Source of the DNA: Thermoanaerobaculia bacterium
GTDB lineage: Bacteria > Acidobacteriota > Thermoanaerobaculia > Multivoradales > UBA5704
DNA length: 64,000 nucleotides
Assembly (NCBI GenBank): GCA_044226625.1
Contig: JBGAGQ010000011.1
Location: 57,736 to 121,735 of the forward strand
Direction: 5' to 3'
Part shown: in pieces, positions 9,826 through 17,809 of the stretch
Layout: each line of letters begins with the position of its first letter
Numbering within the stretch: position 1 is the stretch's first letter
Position numbers and translations under genes: made by a program
Notes under the pieces: generated by a model
What the model was told of the DNA's origin: nothing
The model's input: only the letters and a program-made list of their open reading frames with translations
Databases searched by the model: none

Positions 9826-10815
9826 CTCGAGGCGGCTCCTTTCCGCGGGAGGAACGGAAGGATCGGGTCGGAGCAACCAAGCGGCGAAACCCGCTTCCAA
9901 CGCGTCCCACGACTCACCGAGCGTAGCGCGATGCCGCTCCGCGTCGAAACGCTCTCCTCGCGAGAGGGTTTGGAGATATCCCTTGAAACGAGGTGCGAGC
10001 CGCGGATCGAGCAGTAGATAGCGGACCAGCAGGGCGCTTTCCTCGTAGTCGAACGAACGCACGTCGCGATCGAAATCGCTTCGATCGAGGCCGGCGAGCT
10101 CGGACAAAGGACGCGCCCAGCCCCGGGACCGGGCTTCGCGCAGCCGCTGGGCGAGAGCCTCGACACCGACGACTCCGCGCAGCGGAGCGATCCCCTCCTC
10201 CGAGGCGCTGTAGCCGATCGCGTCGGCGAGCCCCTCGGAGAGCCACGGAGGAAGATTCGTGCCGAGCGCCCGCCGATGGACCAAGTGGGTCAGCTCGTGA
10301 GCGAGCGTGGTGATCGCGCTCTTCCGTCCGCTCCCCGCGTGGATGACGATCAGGCCGTCTACATCGCTCGCGAAACCCGCGTATCCCGCGGCGAGACGAC
10401 CGTCCGCCTCGACGAATCGCCGATAGGACGAGAGCGTCGCGAAGAGGACGATCCCCTCGACGGGCTTCCCCGCCGGCACCACCCCGAACCGCTCCGCGTA
10501 GACCCGATCGATCGAGGCGCCGATCCGCTCGCAGGCCGTGAGCAGGAGAATGTCGCGGCTGTCGGTGGTGAGCGTATACGGTCCGCAACGCCCTTCTTGG
10601 GAACCCGACATCGTCGAGCGGGCGAGCGCCCGGAGCTTCGGATTCGGCGGGTGAGCCGCACGAGGGGCGGAAAGCGGCGGCTTGGGCCGGAATCGAGGCG
10701 GCTTCAAGACCCGAGGCGGCGAGGGCTCGCCGCAGCCCGAGATGAGGGCGCCCAGGAGGACGCACGCGCTCAAGCTGCGGCTCGCCCGAGAAGATCGGGT
10801 CCTGAAGCCCCTCAT
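9142..10815 (-). CDS. Putative zinc-peptidase-like lipoprotein (DUF1570-like); 3' end uncertain
   Basis: LISGC lipobox; AHELTH (HExxH) and PPWLSEGLAD; the protein-like part ends near 9860 but the frame stays open antisense to the MFS gene. Confidence 0.65.
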   Translation of the reverse strand: MRGFRTRSSRASRSLSACVLLGALISGCGEPSPPRVLKPPRFRPKPPLSAPRAAHPPNPKLRALARSTMSGSQEGRCGPYTLTTDSRDILLLTACERIGASIDRVYAERFGVVPAGKPVEGIVLFATLSSYRRFVEADGRLAAGYAGFASDVDGLIVIHAGSGRKSAITTLAHELTHLVHRRALGTNLPPWLSEGLADAIGYSASEEGIAPLRGVVGVEALAQRLREARSRGWARPLSELAGLDRSDFDRDVRSFDYEESALLVRYLLLDPRLAPRFKGYLQTLSRGERFDAERHRATLGESWDALEAGFAAWLLRPDPSVPPAERSRLESPARRLAPKSFRRLRTQHEKGHRGEKGSHREPDQADPRPVVKQTRDDAAQQPTAAIPKVKDAESEVAALLGQHAGDECLEQSVLGCVADAPKHQSEKRNPRPAEENQRRERRRHHHTDHDGPDVDPIVELPENQARSDGERGGDGQEERYPVLRRGAAGRQVKRDQLETHEAGREAGAGSHVEPVGAGETGRRSGGSAALFELRRQWEDDLRGHQAGDRKQRGGEKE

Positions 10816-10972
10816 CGCGTCACCATCCGAGGAAGCGTAAACCAACCGCCCCCCCGCCTTCTGAAAGCCCCCTCCTCGCCGGGGCATGGCAAAGCCATAG
10901 GCTGCGCCTGGGGCCTGGAGCGCCCCGGTCGAGGAGAGGGAGTTGTAACGCGGAGTTACTGCGAGGAACTAC

Positions 10973-11353
10973 TTACGCGGCTTCGGGGGAGGCGTTCGTC
11001 ACGGTCGGCTGGGCCTTTGCCTTCGTGCGCACCGGCGGGCGGCGCGGGCGGAAGCCGAACTTGACCAGGGTCTCACTGCCGAAACCGTGCTTCCACTGGA
11101 GGCTCGCGCCGATCCGGCGGCGCAGGCGGTCGCCTTCGAGCGCGAGGCTCTTGCGCTCGACCGTCATCCCCTGGGCCTCGGCGCGCAGCAGTTCCTGGTG
11201 CGCCTCGAACTCCCGGCTCTTGCGGAGGATCTCCTTGAGCTCCGCGACGTCGGCCGAAAGGTACGGCAGGTCGGGAAGGTCGGGCTCGAGGTTGGTGACG
11301 AGGGTTTCCCAGCGGCTGATGCGCGCGACGAGGGTCTGGCCGTTGGCAGCCAT
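10973..11353 (-). CDS. Hypothetical 126-aa helical protein with basic C-terminus
   Basis: AAAGGAG RBS then ATG at 11353; coiled-coil-like body ending in ...LVKFGFRPRRPP; directly downstream of the repeat element. Confidence 0.75.
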   Translation of the reverse strand: MAANGQTLVARISRWETLVTNLEPDLPDLPYLSADVAELKEILRKSREFEAHQELLRAEAQGMTVERKSLALEGDRLRRRIGASLQWKHGFGSETLVKFGFRPRRPPVRTKAKAQPTVTNASPEAA

Positions 11354-11425
11354 GATGCGGACTCCTTTTTCGCCTTGCGGCAAGGTGTGGGGTCGATCCC
11401 ACGCCGCGAGGGTAAACCACGAGGG

Positions 11426-11824
11426 TCCGAGAAAACGATAGTTTTTCGCGAACGAAGATTTTTTCTTCCGGGAAAGGGCGTCCGAGCCGGGCGGGTCTTT
11501 CTCCGGGCGGTCGATCCGACGGGGGAATGCAGTCGATGCGACCGTTGAAGCCCACGATGCGGCGGCGGAATCCGGTCGACGCGCCGGCCGAAGCCAGCGA
11601 TGCGAGCGCGGAATCGACCGGTTCGGCCTGTCGAAGCAACGGCTGCGGCGCCCGAATCGACTGGCTTCGATGGCCGAGTCGACCCGAGGAGGCGACGAAC
11701 CGACTGGATTCGAAGGTCGCATCGACCGGCTTCGGTCGCCGAAACGCCCTCTTGGGCCGTCCTAGGGAATCGGTGCGCCTCGGCGAAAAAAAGATCGCTC
11801 GTCAAAAACTATCGTTTTCTCGGA
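11426..11824. repeat. TIR-bounded non-coding element (MITE-like) with a 21/22-bp internal array, copy 1
   Basis: Perfect 21-bp inverted repeats at 11426-11446 and 11804-11824; internal GAA-initiated units at 11525, 11547, 11568, 11590, 11611, 11633, 11654, 11676, 11697, 11719, 11741. Confidence 0.85.
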
Positions 11825-11897
11825 GGGACCTCATGTACTCTCGGGTGGCCCGGTTCGGCATTTATATGCGGGCGACCTTCGCAACTCCCGGCTCGCC

Positions 11898-12422
11898 TTA
11901 CGCCGCATCCACCAAGTCGAGGCGGACCTTTAGATCCCTGAGCACGTAGAACGGGTCCCGGTAGCGGACTGCAAACTCCCTGCAGACATCGGGCAGCAGA
12001 ATACGGGCTCGCGAATCGGGCCGTGGCATCTCGTTCGTGACGACCTCCGTGCCGCGGACCATCGAATACGCGACCAGCCACCCATCCGCCTCGGTCGCGA
12101 ACTTGGCCTTGGCGCGGTCGAGGTATTTCGAGTTCCGCTGTACCCAGAGCATGATCTCGGCGTAGGCCGTACTAACGTCTGCGGCATTCGAGTCGACGAA
12201 AAAGCCGGCTGGGACGTCGTTCCTCACCCATTGCACGAGATCCTCTTCCTTCCGTCCTGCCAGCAGCTCGGCGCGAATTCGATCGAGGCTTTGGGCTCGG
12301 CCATGTCGGTGCGCTTGGAGAACCGCCTTCCAGAATCCCGGGCAGATCTCAAAGGCGTAGTAAGTGTTTTTGGCGGTAATGAAGACGTCCGCATCGAGCA
12401 GGTAGACGGGAGGCTTGCTCAC
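11898..12422 (-). CDS. DUF4411 family (PIN-like) protein
   Basis: YLLDADVFITAKNTYYAFEICPGFW...ADGWLVAY...VVTNE; GTG start overlaps the upstream stop (GTGA). Confidence 0.88.
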   Translation of the reverse strand: MSKPPVYLLDADVFITAKNTYYAFEICPGFWKAVLQAHRHGRAQSLDRIRAELLAGRKEEDLVQWVRNDVPAGFFVDSNAADVSTAYAEIMLWVQRNSKYLDRAKAKFATEADGWLVAYSMVRGTEVVTNEMPRPDSRARILLPDVCREFAVRYRDPFYVLRDLKVRLDLVDAA

Positions 12423-13570
12423 GGCAGGTCGACTCCGAGCCGGCGGGCGTACTCCTGGAACGCGCCCCCGCGGAGATCGGTGAGATCGTAGGCCTCCCGG
12501 AAGGTCAATCGCCCTTCCATCGCGGCGAAGATGACGCTGGCCGCGAACCTGGCACCGACGCGCGTATTTTGATTGTTGTAGAAGTCGCCGCCTCCGGAGG
12601 GCTTCGATTGCTGCCGCTCCGTCTTCGTGTAGGCGTCGTAGAACGCGAAGAAGGCCTTCCGGTCGACGAGTGCGAGATCCATCGCCCGACGGCCGGCCAC
12701 GATCTGGCTCACTTTGAAGTGCCGGGCAACCCGCTCGAACGCATCGTGTGCGCCTTTGATCGTTCGCCAGAGCTCCTTGAGCTCGGCCGCCGGCACGAGG
12801 AGCTCCGCCGCCGCCTGATCGCAGAACGTTTCGATCCGCGTGCCGCCGGGGAAAATGCCGTCGAAGCCCGAGAGCCCCTCGCCTTCCGAACCAAGCCAAA
12901 CGTGGGCGAGCTCGTGCGCGAGGGTGAACATCTGGGCCGACTTCGCATCCGCGCCGTTGACGAACACGAGCGGGGCGTAAGGGTCGCTCAGGGCGAATCC
13001 TCGAAACTCGTTCACGTCGAGCTTTCGGTGGGTGTCGTTGCCGACGACGCCATTGATGACCGCCATCACGCCGAGCTGCTCGATGCGACGCCGAAGCTCG
13101 CTGACCGCCTCCCGCCAGCTTGGGACCTTGGAGGCCCAGCCATCGTCGAGCCCGAGCATGCGGCGCATCTCTCGCCCGACCGCTGCCGGGTCGTCGCCGA
13201 GCCGCGCGCTGCCCACGAACTCCACGGGCTCCGCTTCGCTCTCGATGCGCGATTCCCGGAGCCAGTCCTGGCGCCGCTGCATGGCGTAAATGGTGTCGAG
13301 CAGATCGGCGCTGGGCCGCCCGGGGCTGCGAACGCCGGTTCGCAGGTCCCGGATCGGCAGCCGCTCGACGGGAGGCTCTGGAAGAAGCATGTACCCGAGC
13401 GGCGTGTGAGTTGCCTTCGCGAAGGCCTCGAGCTGTTTGAGCGTCGGCTGCCGCTCCTCACGCTCCCATGCCCCTAGCTGCGGAAAGCGAGTCGACAGCA
13501 CGAGCTCGTCGACCCGCGACCGTTCGACCGCCCAGCGCAAAAGCTCCGGCTTGACCTCGACACGCTGCAT
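12419..13570 (-). CDS. XRE-HTH + ImmA/IrrE family metallopeptidase
   Basis: N-terminal ELLRWA...WE...PTLKQLE HTH; FRGFAL, FTLAHELAHVW (HExxH), IETFCDQAAAE. Confidence 0.92.
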   Translation of the reverse strand: MQRVEVKPELLRWAVERSRVDELVLSTRFPQLGAWEREERQPTLKQLEAFAKATHTPLGYMLLPEPPVERLPIRDLRTGVRSPGRPSADLLDTIYAMQRRQDWLRESRIESEAEPVEFVGSARLGDDPAAVGREMRRMLGLDDGWASKVPSWREAVSELRRRIEQLGVMAVINGVVGNDTHRKLDVNEFRGFALSDPYAPLVFVNGADAKSAQMFTLAHELAHVWLGSEGEGLSGFDGIFPGGTRIETFCDQAAAELLVPAAELKELWRTIKGAHDAFERVARHFKVSQIVAGRRAMDLALVDRKAFFAFYDAYTKTERQQSKPSGGGDFYNNQNTRVGARFAASVIFAAMEGRLTFREAYDLTDLRGGAFQEYARRLGVDLP

Positions 13571-13812
13571 GGCCAGTTCCTGGCTCCTACTTTGGAAGGA
13601 TCCGAGCAGTCTAGTCCAACCTGACTGCGGTCTTATCTTACCGATCGCCGCCGTAACGAGTCGCGTGGAATTCTCTGGGCGGTCGAGGCGCTGCTCGAAA
13701 CGCAGGTGTCCGCCCCGGCCGTCGACGCTCCGATCCCGACCGCCTAACCTGCCGGCGGTCGTCCCCAAAAGCAAAACGCCCGAGAAGCTCGGGCGCTGGA
13801 AGGTCGAAGCTT

Positions 13813-13888
13813 TGGTAGCGCATACGGGATTCGAACCCGTGTTCCCGCCGTGAGAGGGCGACGTCCTAGACCCCTAGACGAATGCGCC
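13813..13888 (-). tRNA. tRNA-Glu (anticodon CTC)
   Basis: Reverse complement GGCGCATTCGTCTAG...CT-CTC-AC...GGTTCGAATCC...GCGCTACCA, 76 nt with encoded CCA. Confidence 0.97.
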
Positions 13889-13944
13889 GGAACATCAACC
13901 GCGGGCGGATTTATAGCACAACGCTTCCGGCGACTTCAAATCCG

Positions 13945-16362
13945 CTAGTCGTTCCGCAGCGCCTCCACGGGGTTGACCTGGGTCGCGCGGGTCGCCGGAA
14001 GGTAGCTCGCGACGAGCCCCACCGAGGCGAGCAGACCCGCCACCAGGAGGATCGACGCCGGGTCGTACGGCTCGACCCCGTAGAGGATTTTCGAGAGGAA
14101 GAACGAGAGCCCGATCGCCACCGGGATCCCGCAGCCGAGCGCCAGGAACACGAGCTTCGCCCCTTGGCCGACGACCAGCTTGAGGACCTGCTCGCGCCGG
14201 GCGCCGAGGGCGACCCGCACGCCGATCTCCCGCCGCCGTTGGCCGACCAAATAGGAGAGGAGCCCGTAGACGCCGATCGCAGCCAGCGCGAGCGCGAGGC
14301 CCGCGAAGACCGAGAACATGCCGCCGAAGAAGCGCTGGTCCCAAATCCGCGAGTTGAAGAGCGTACGCAGCGTTTGCAGGTCGAAGACCGGCAAGCCCGG
14401 ATCGGCGGCCCGGATCACGCGCCGTGCGCCCTGGGCGACGGTCGCGGGCGGGCTGCTCGTGCGCAGTGTGAATCCCGTGTTCGGCATCGGCGCCCAGCGA
14501 TAGGGGAGGAATGCCGCCGGCTCGACTCCTTCGTTCTCCGTGTCGAATCCGTCGTAATGGAAATCCGGCACCACGCCGATCACGGTGATCCAGGGTTTGC
14601 CTTCCTCGTCGAGCAGTCGGAAGCGTTGCCCGACCGGATCCTGCTTCGGCCAACGCTTCTTGGCGAAAGCCTGGTTGATCACCGCGAGCGGGGCTTTGCC
14701 GATCTCTTCCGAGTCGTTGAACATGCGGCCGGAAACGAGCTTTACGCCCGTGGCGTCCATGAAGTGCGCGGTCACCCCGGCCCAGTAGCTGTAAGGCTCC
14801 TTGCCGGGTTCCACCGGATGGCCGGCGATCTCGATCGAGCCGCCCGCGCCGCCGCCGCCGAGCGGGATCAGGTTCGAGGCCGCGACCGCCTCGACGCCGG
14901 GGAGCGTCTCGAGGCGCTGCACCAGCTCTTCCACCCGCCGGCTCTTGGCATCCGGCTCGACGTAGGACTCGCCGGGCAGATAGATCCGAAGCGTCATGAT
15001 CCGGTCGACGTCGAAGCCGGGATCCGCGCCGCGCACCGCGAGGAAGCTGCGCATCATCAGCGCGGCCCCCACGAGGAGGACCAGGGCGAGGCCGAGCTCG
15101 CCGACCACGAGCAGGTTGCGCATCCACGACCGGCCGCCGGCATCCGAACGGCCGCCCGATTTGAGAATGTCGTGCAGGTTCCTGCCGGTCGCCTGGAGCG
15201 CCGGTACGATGCCGAAGAGAAGCCCGGTGCCGATCGCCGCCGCGGCGGTGAACGCGAGAACCGGACCGTCGATCACGACCTGGATCCAGTAGGGCGGCTG
15301 GTTGTCCGCCGGGATCGAGGACATCATCCAGAGCACGCCGAAATGGGCGAGGCCCACGCCGAGGATTCCGCCGCCGATTCCGACCAGGACGCTCTCGGTC
15401 AACACCTCGCGCATCAGCCGGTGCCTTCCGGCGCCGATCGCCGCGCGCACCGCGAGCTCGCGGCCGCGGGCCGTGACCCGGGAGAGGAACAGATTCGCCA
15501 CGTTGGCACAGGCGATGAGCAGGACGAAGATCACCATGAACATGAGGATCAGCGTCATGCGGTGCATCCCCTCGCCGACCAGCTCGCGCCGAAGCGAGCG
15601 GACTTCGCCGCCCCATCCCTTGTCCTCCGGGTGCTCGTTCGCGATCTTGGCGGCGAACGCCTCGACCTGCGACTGGGCCGCCTCGACCGTCGAGCCCGGG
15701 GCGAGCCGGGCATAGACCGAGATCACTCGGTCGGCGCGCGGGTTCTCGTGGTGGTCGAGCGCCAACGGCGCCCACGCGAGGCATCTCTGGGGGAATTGGA
15801 ACCGGGGAGGCATGACTCCGACGATGGTGGTCGCGCGATTGTTGACCAGGACCGACGTACCGATCACCTTGGGGTCGCCTTCGAACCGGCGTAGCCAGAG
15901 CTCGTGCGAGATCAAGATCGTCCGCGGCGCGCCGGGCTGGTCGTCTTCCGGTCGCAACAAGCGGCCGAGCGCGGGTTTGACCCCGAGCATCGGAAACAGG
16001 TTCGCCGACATGTCGAGGCCGATCACCCGTTCGGGCTCGTCCTGGCCCGCGAAGGTGAGGCTGCGCTGGGTAAACCCAGCCACCTCGGAGAAGACCCCTC
16101 GGCTCTCGACCAGCTCCCGGTACGCCGGATAGGCGAAGTCGGCGCCTTTGATGTCGGCCTGCAGCTGGTTCGTGTGGAGGCTCAGGATGCGGTCGGGATC
16201 TGCGAACGGGAAGGGCCGAAGGAGAATCGCGTTCACCACGCTGAAGATGGTCGTGGTCGTACCGATTCCCAGACCGATGCAGACGATGGCCGCGAGGGTG
16301 GTCGTCGGCGTCTTGGCCAGCATGCGCAAGGCATAGCGGATTTCACGCAATAGGGTGTCCAC
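13945..16362 (-). CDS. ABC transporter permease, ADOP/MacB-like duplicated permease
   Basis: About 805 aa starting (V)DTLLREIRYALRML; LLIACANVANL, RELAVRAAIGAG and RRREIGVRVALGA duplicated FtsX domains. Confidence 0.93.
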   Translation of the reverse strand: MDTLLREIRYALRMLAKTPTTTLAAIVCIGLGIGTTTTIFSVVNAILLRPFPFADPDRILSLHTNQLQADIKGADFAYPAYRELVESRGVFSEVAGFTQRSLTFAGQDEPERVIGLDMSANLFPMLGVKPALGRLLRPEDDQPGAPRTILISHELWLRRFEGDPKVIGTSVLVNNRATTIVGVMPPRFQFPQRCLAWAPLALDHHENPRADRVISVYARLAPGSTVEAAQSQVEAFAAKIANEHPEDKGWGGEVRSLRRELVGEGMHRMTLILMFMVIFVLLIACANVANLFLSRVTARGRELAVRAAIGAGRHRLMREVLTESVLVGIGGGILGVGLAHFGVLWMMSSIPADNQPPYWIQVVIDGPVLAFTAAAAIGTGLLFGIVPALQATGRNLHDILKSGGRSDAGGRSWMRNLLVVGELGLALVLLVGAALMMRSFLAVRGADPGFDVDRIMTLRIYLPGESYVEPDAKSRRVEELVQRLETLPGVEAVAASNLIPLGGGGAGGSIEIAGHPVEPGKEPYSYWAGVTAHFMDATGVKLVSGRMFNDSEEIGKAPLAVINQAFAKKRWPKQDPVGQRFRLLDEEGKPWITVIGVVPDFHYDGFDTENEGVEPAAFLPYRWAPMPNTGFTLRTSSPPATVAQGARRVIRAADPGLPVFDLQTLRTLFNSRIWDQRFFGGMFSVFAGLALALAAIGVYGLLSYLVGQRRREIGVRVALGARREQVLKLVVGQGAKLVFLALGCGIPVAIGLSFFLSKILYGVEPYDPASILLVAGLLASVGLVASYLPATRATQVNPVEALRND

Positions 16363-16457
16363 GGGAGATCTCCTCAGAGGCGAAAAACGACAAACCTCCT
16401 CCTTTAGGAGAGGCCTACGGACGAGCCGCGACGTTTGTTTCGGTGACCGCGGGAATC

Positions 16458-17585
16458 CTACCGGAGCGCCCGATCCAGGTCCTCGATCAGGTCGTCCGGG
16501 TGCTCGAGACCGACGGAGACGCGGAGCAGCCCTTCCGGCGCCCGGGTATGCGCCCCTTCGACGGAGGCGCGATGCTCGATCAGGCTCTCGACTCCCCCCA
16601 GGCTGGTCGCGCGGGTGAAGACCTTCACCTTCGCCGCGACCTCGAACGCCCGGGCTCGGCCGCCCGGAACGACGAAGGAGAGCATGCCGCCCCAGGCGCT
16701 CATCTGGCGTTTCGCGACCTCGTGACCGGGGTGAGCGGGCAGCCCGGGAAAGAAGACTTTTTCGACGCCGGCGTGGGCCTCGAGGAACGTCGCGAGCCGA
16801 GCCGCGTTCTCGCAGTGCAGGCGCATTCGGGCGGGAAGGGTCCGGATGCCACGCAGCACGAGCCAGCTGTCGAACGCCGAGGCACCCGCTCCGGCGCTCG
16901 CCTGGAGCCGGCGGACGCGCGCGAAAAGCGGGTTCTCCTCCCGGGCGACGAGCGCGCCGCCGAGGACGTCGCAATGACCGCCCAGATATTTGGTCGTCGA
17001 ATGGAGGACCAGGTCGGCGCCGAGCTCGAGCGGTCGCTGCAGCACGGGGGTTGCCCACGTGTTGTCGACGAGGGTGAGCGCCCCGCGGCTTTTCGCGCGC
17101 TCGGCGATTGCCGCCACCGCCGATACGTCGGCAATCCCGAGCAGCGGGTTCGACGGGGTTTCGAGCCAGACCAAGCGAGTCGTCGGCCGAAGCGCCCGCT
17201 CGACCGCGGCGAGGTCGGACAGGTCGACGAAGCTCGACTCGAGACCCCAAGCGCCGAAGGTTTCGGACAGCAGCTGGCGGGTGCCGTAGAACACGTCGTC
17301 CGGAGCGATCACGTGGTCGCCCGGCGCGAGCGCCTGGAGGAGCGTCGAGGTCGCGGCCGAGCCGCTCGCGAAAGCCGCGGCGGAAGCTCCCCCTTCGAGC
17401 GCCGCGAGACACCGCTCGAGGTCGGCTCGATTCGGCTGGCTTTCGCGCGAGTAGATGTGACCTTTGGGATAGGAGCCGTCCTCCGCCCGCTCGAACGTCG
17501 TCGCGAGATGGAGCGAGGCCGAGACGCCTCCCGAGGCGGGCTCGATCGAGCGTCCGGCGTGGATGGCGAGCGTTTCGATGCGCAT
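16458..17585 (-). CDS. Cystathionine gamma-synthase/lyase family PLP enzyme
   Basis: ETLAIHAG, ETPSNP, VDNTWATP, HSTTKYLGGH (PLP Lys), SLGGVESL. Confidence 0.93.
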   Translation of the reverse strand: MRIETLAIHAGRSIEPASGGVSASLHLATTFERAEDGSYPKGHIYSRESQPNRADLERCLAALEGGASAAAFASGSAATSTLLQALAPGDHVIAPDDVFYGTRQLLSETFGAWGLESSFVDLSDLAAVERALRPTTRLVWLETPSNPLLGIADVSAVAAIAERAKSRGALTLVDNTWATPVLQRPLELGADLVLHSTTKYLGGHCDVLGGALVAREENPLFARVRRLQASAGAGASAFDSWLVLRGIRTLPARMRLHCENAARLATFLEAHAGVEKVFFPGLPAHPGHEVAKRQMSAWGGMLSFVVPGGRARAFEVAAKVKVFTRATSLGGVESLIEHRASVEGAHTRAPEGLLRVSVGLEHPDDLIEDLDRALR

Positions 17586-17809
17586 AGGGTCCCTCCTCGC
17601 GATGCCCTCCCATCTTACGTCGCCGCGCGATTTCGAGAGGCGCGGACGGCGTTTACACCTCGCGACCCGGGTGCTAGGGTCCCCGGCGGTTTTTCGACGC
17701 TCCTCGTCGAGGCGGGTACGCCTCATGGCTTCGCGCCGCTCGCGCTGCTCACGCCAATCGCGGGCTCGAACGAGACGAGGAGCCGGCACCCAAACTCTTG
17801 GAGGTTTCC

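Noticed and set aside
11525-11760. CRISPR array or heptad-coding repeat interpretation of the 21/22-bp array
   Set aside because: Units are degenerate with no 30-40 nt spacers and no cas genes; alternating 21/22 spacing breaks any reading frame.
13945-17613. 1222-aa ORF suggesting a fused permease
   Set aside because: The N-terminal ~417 aa are an off-frame read of the cystathionine lyase gene; the permease starts at 16362.
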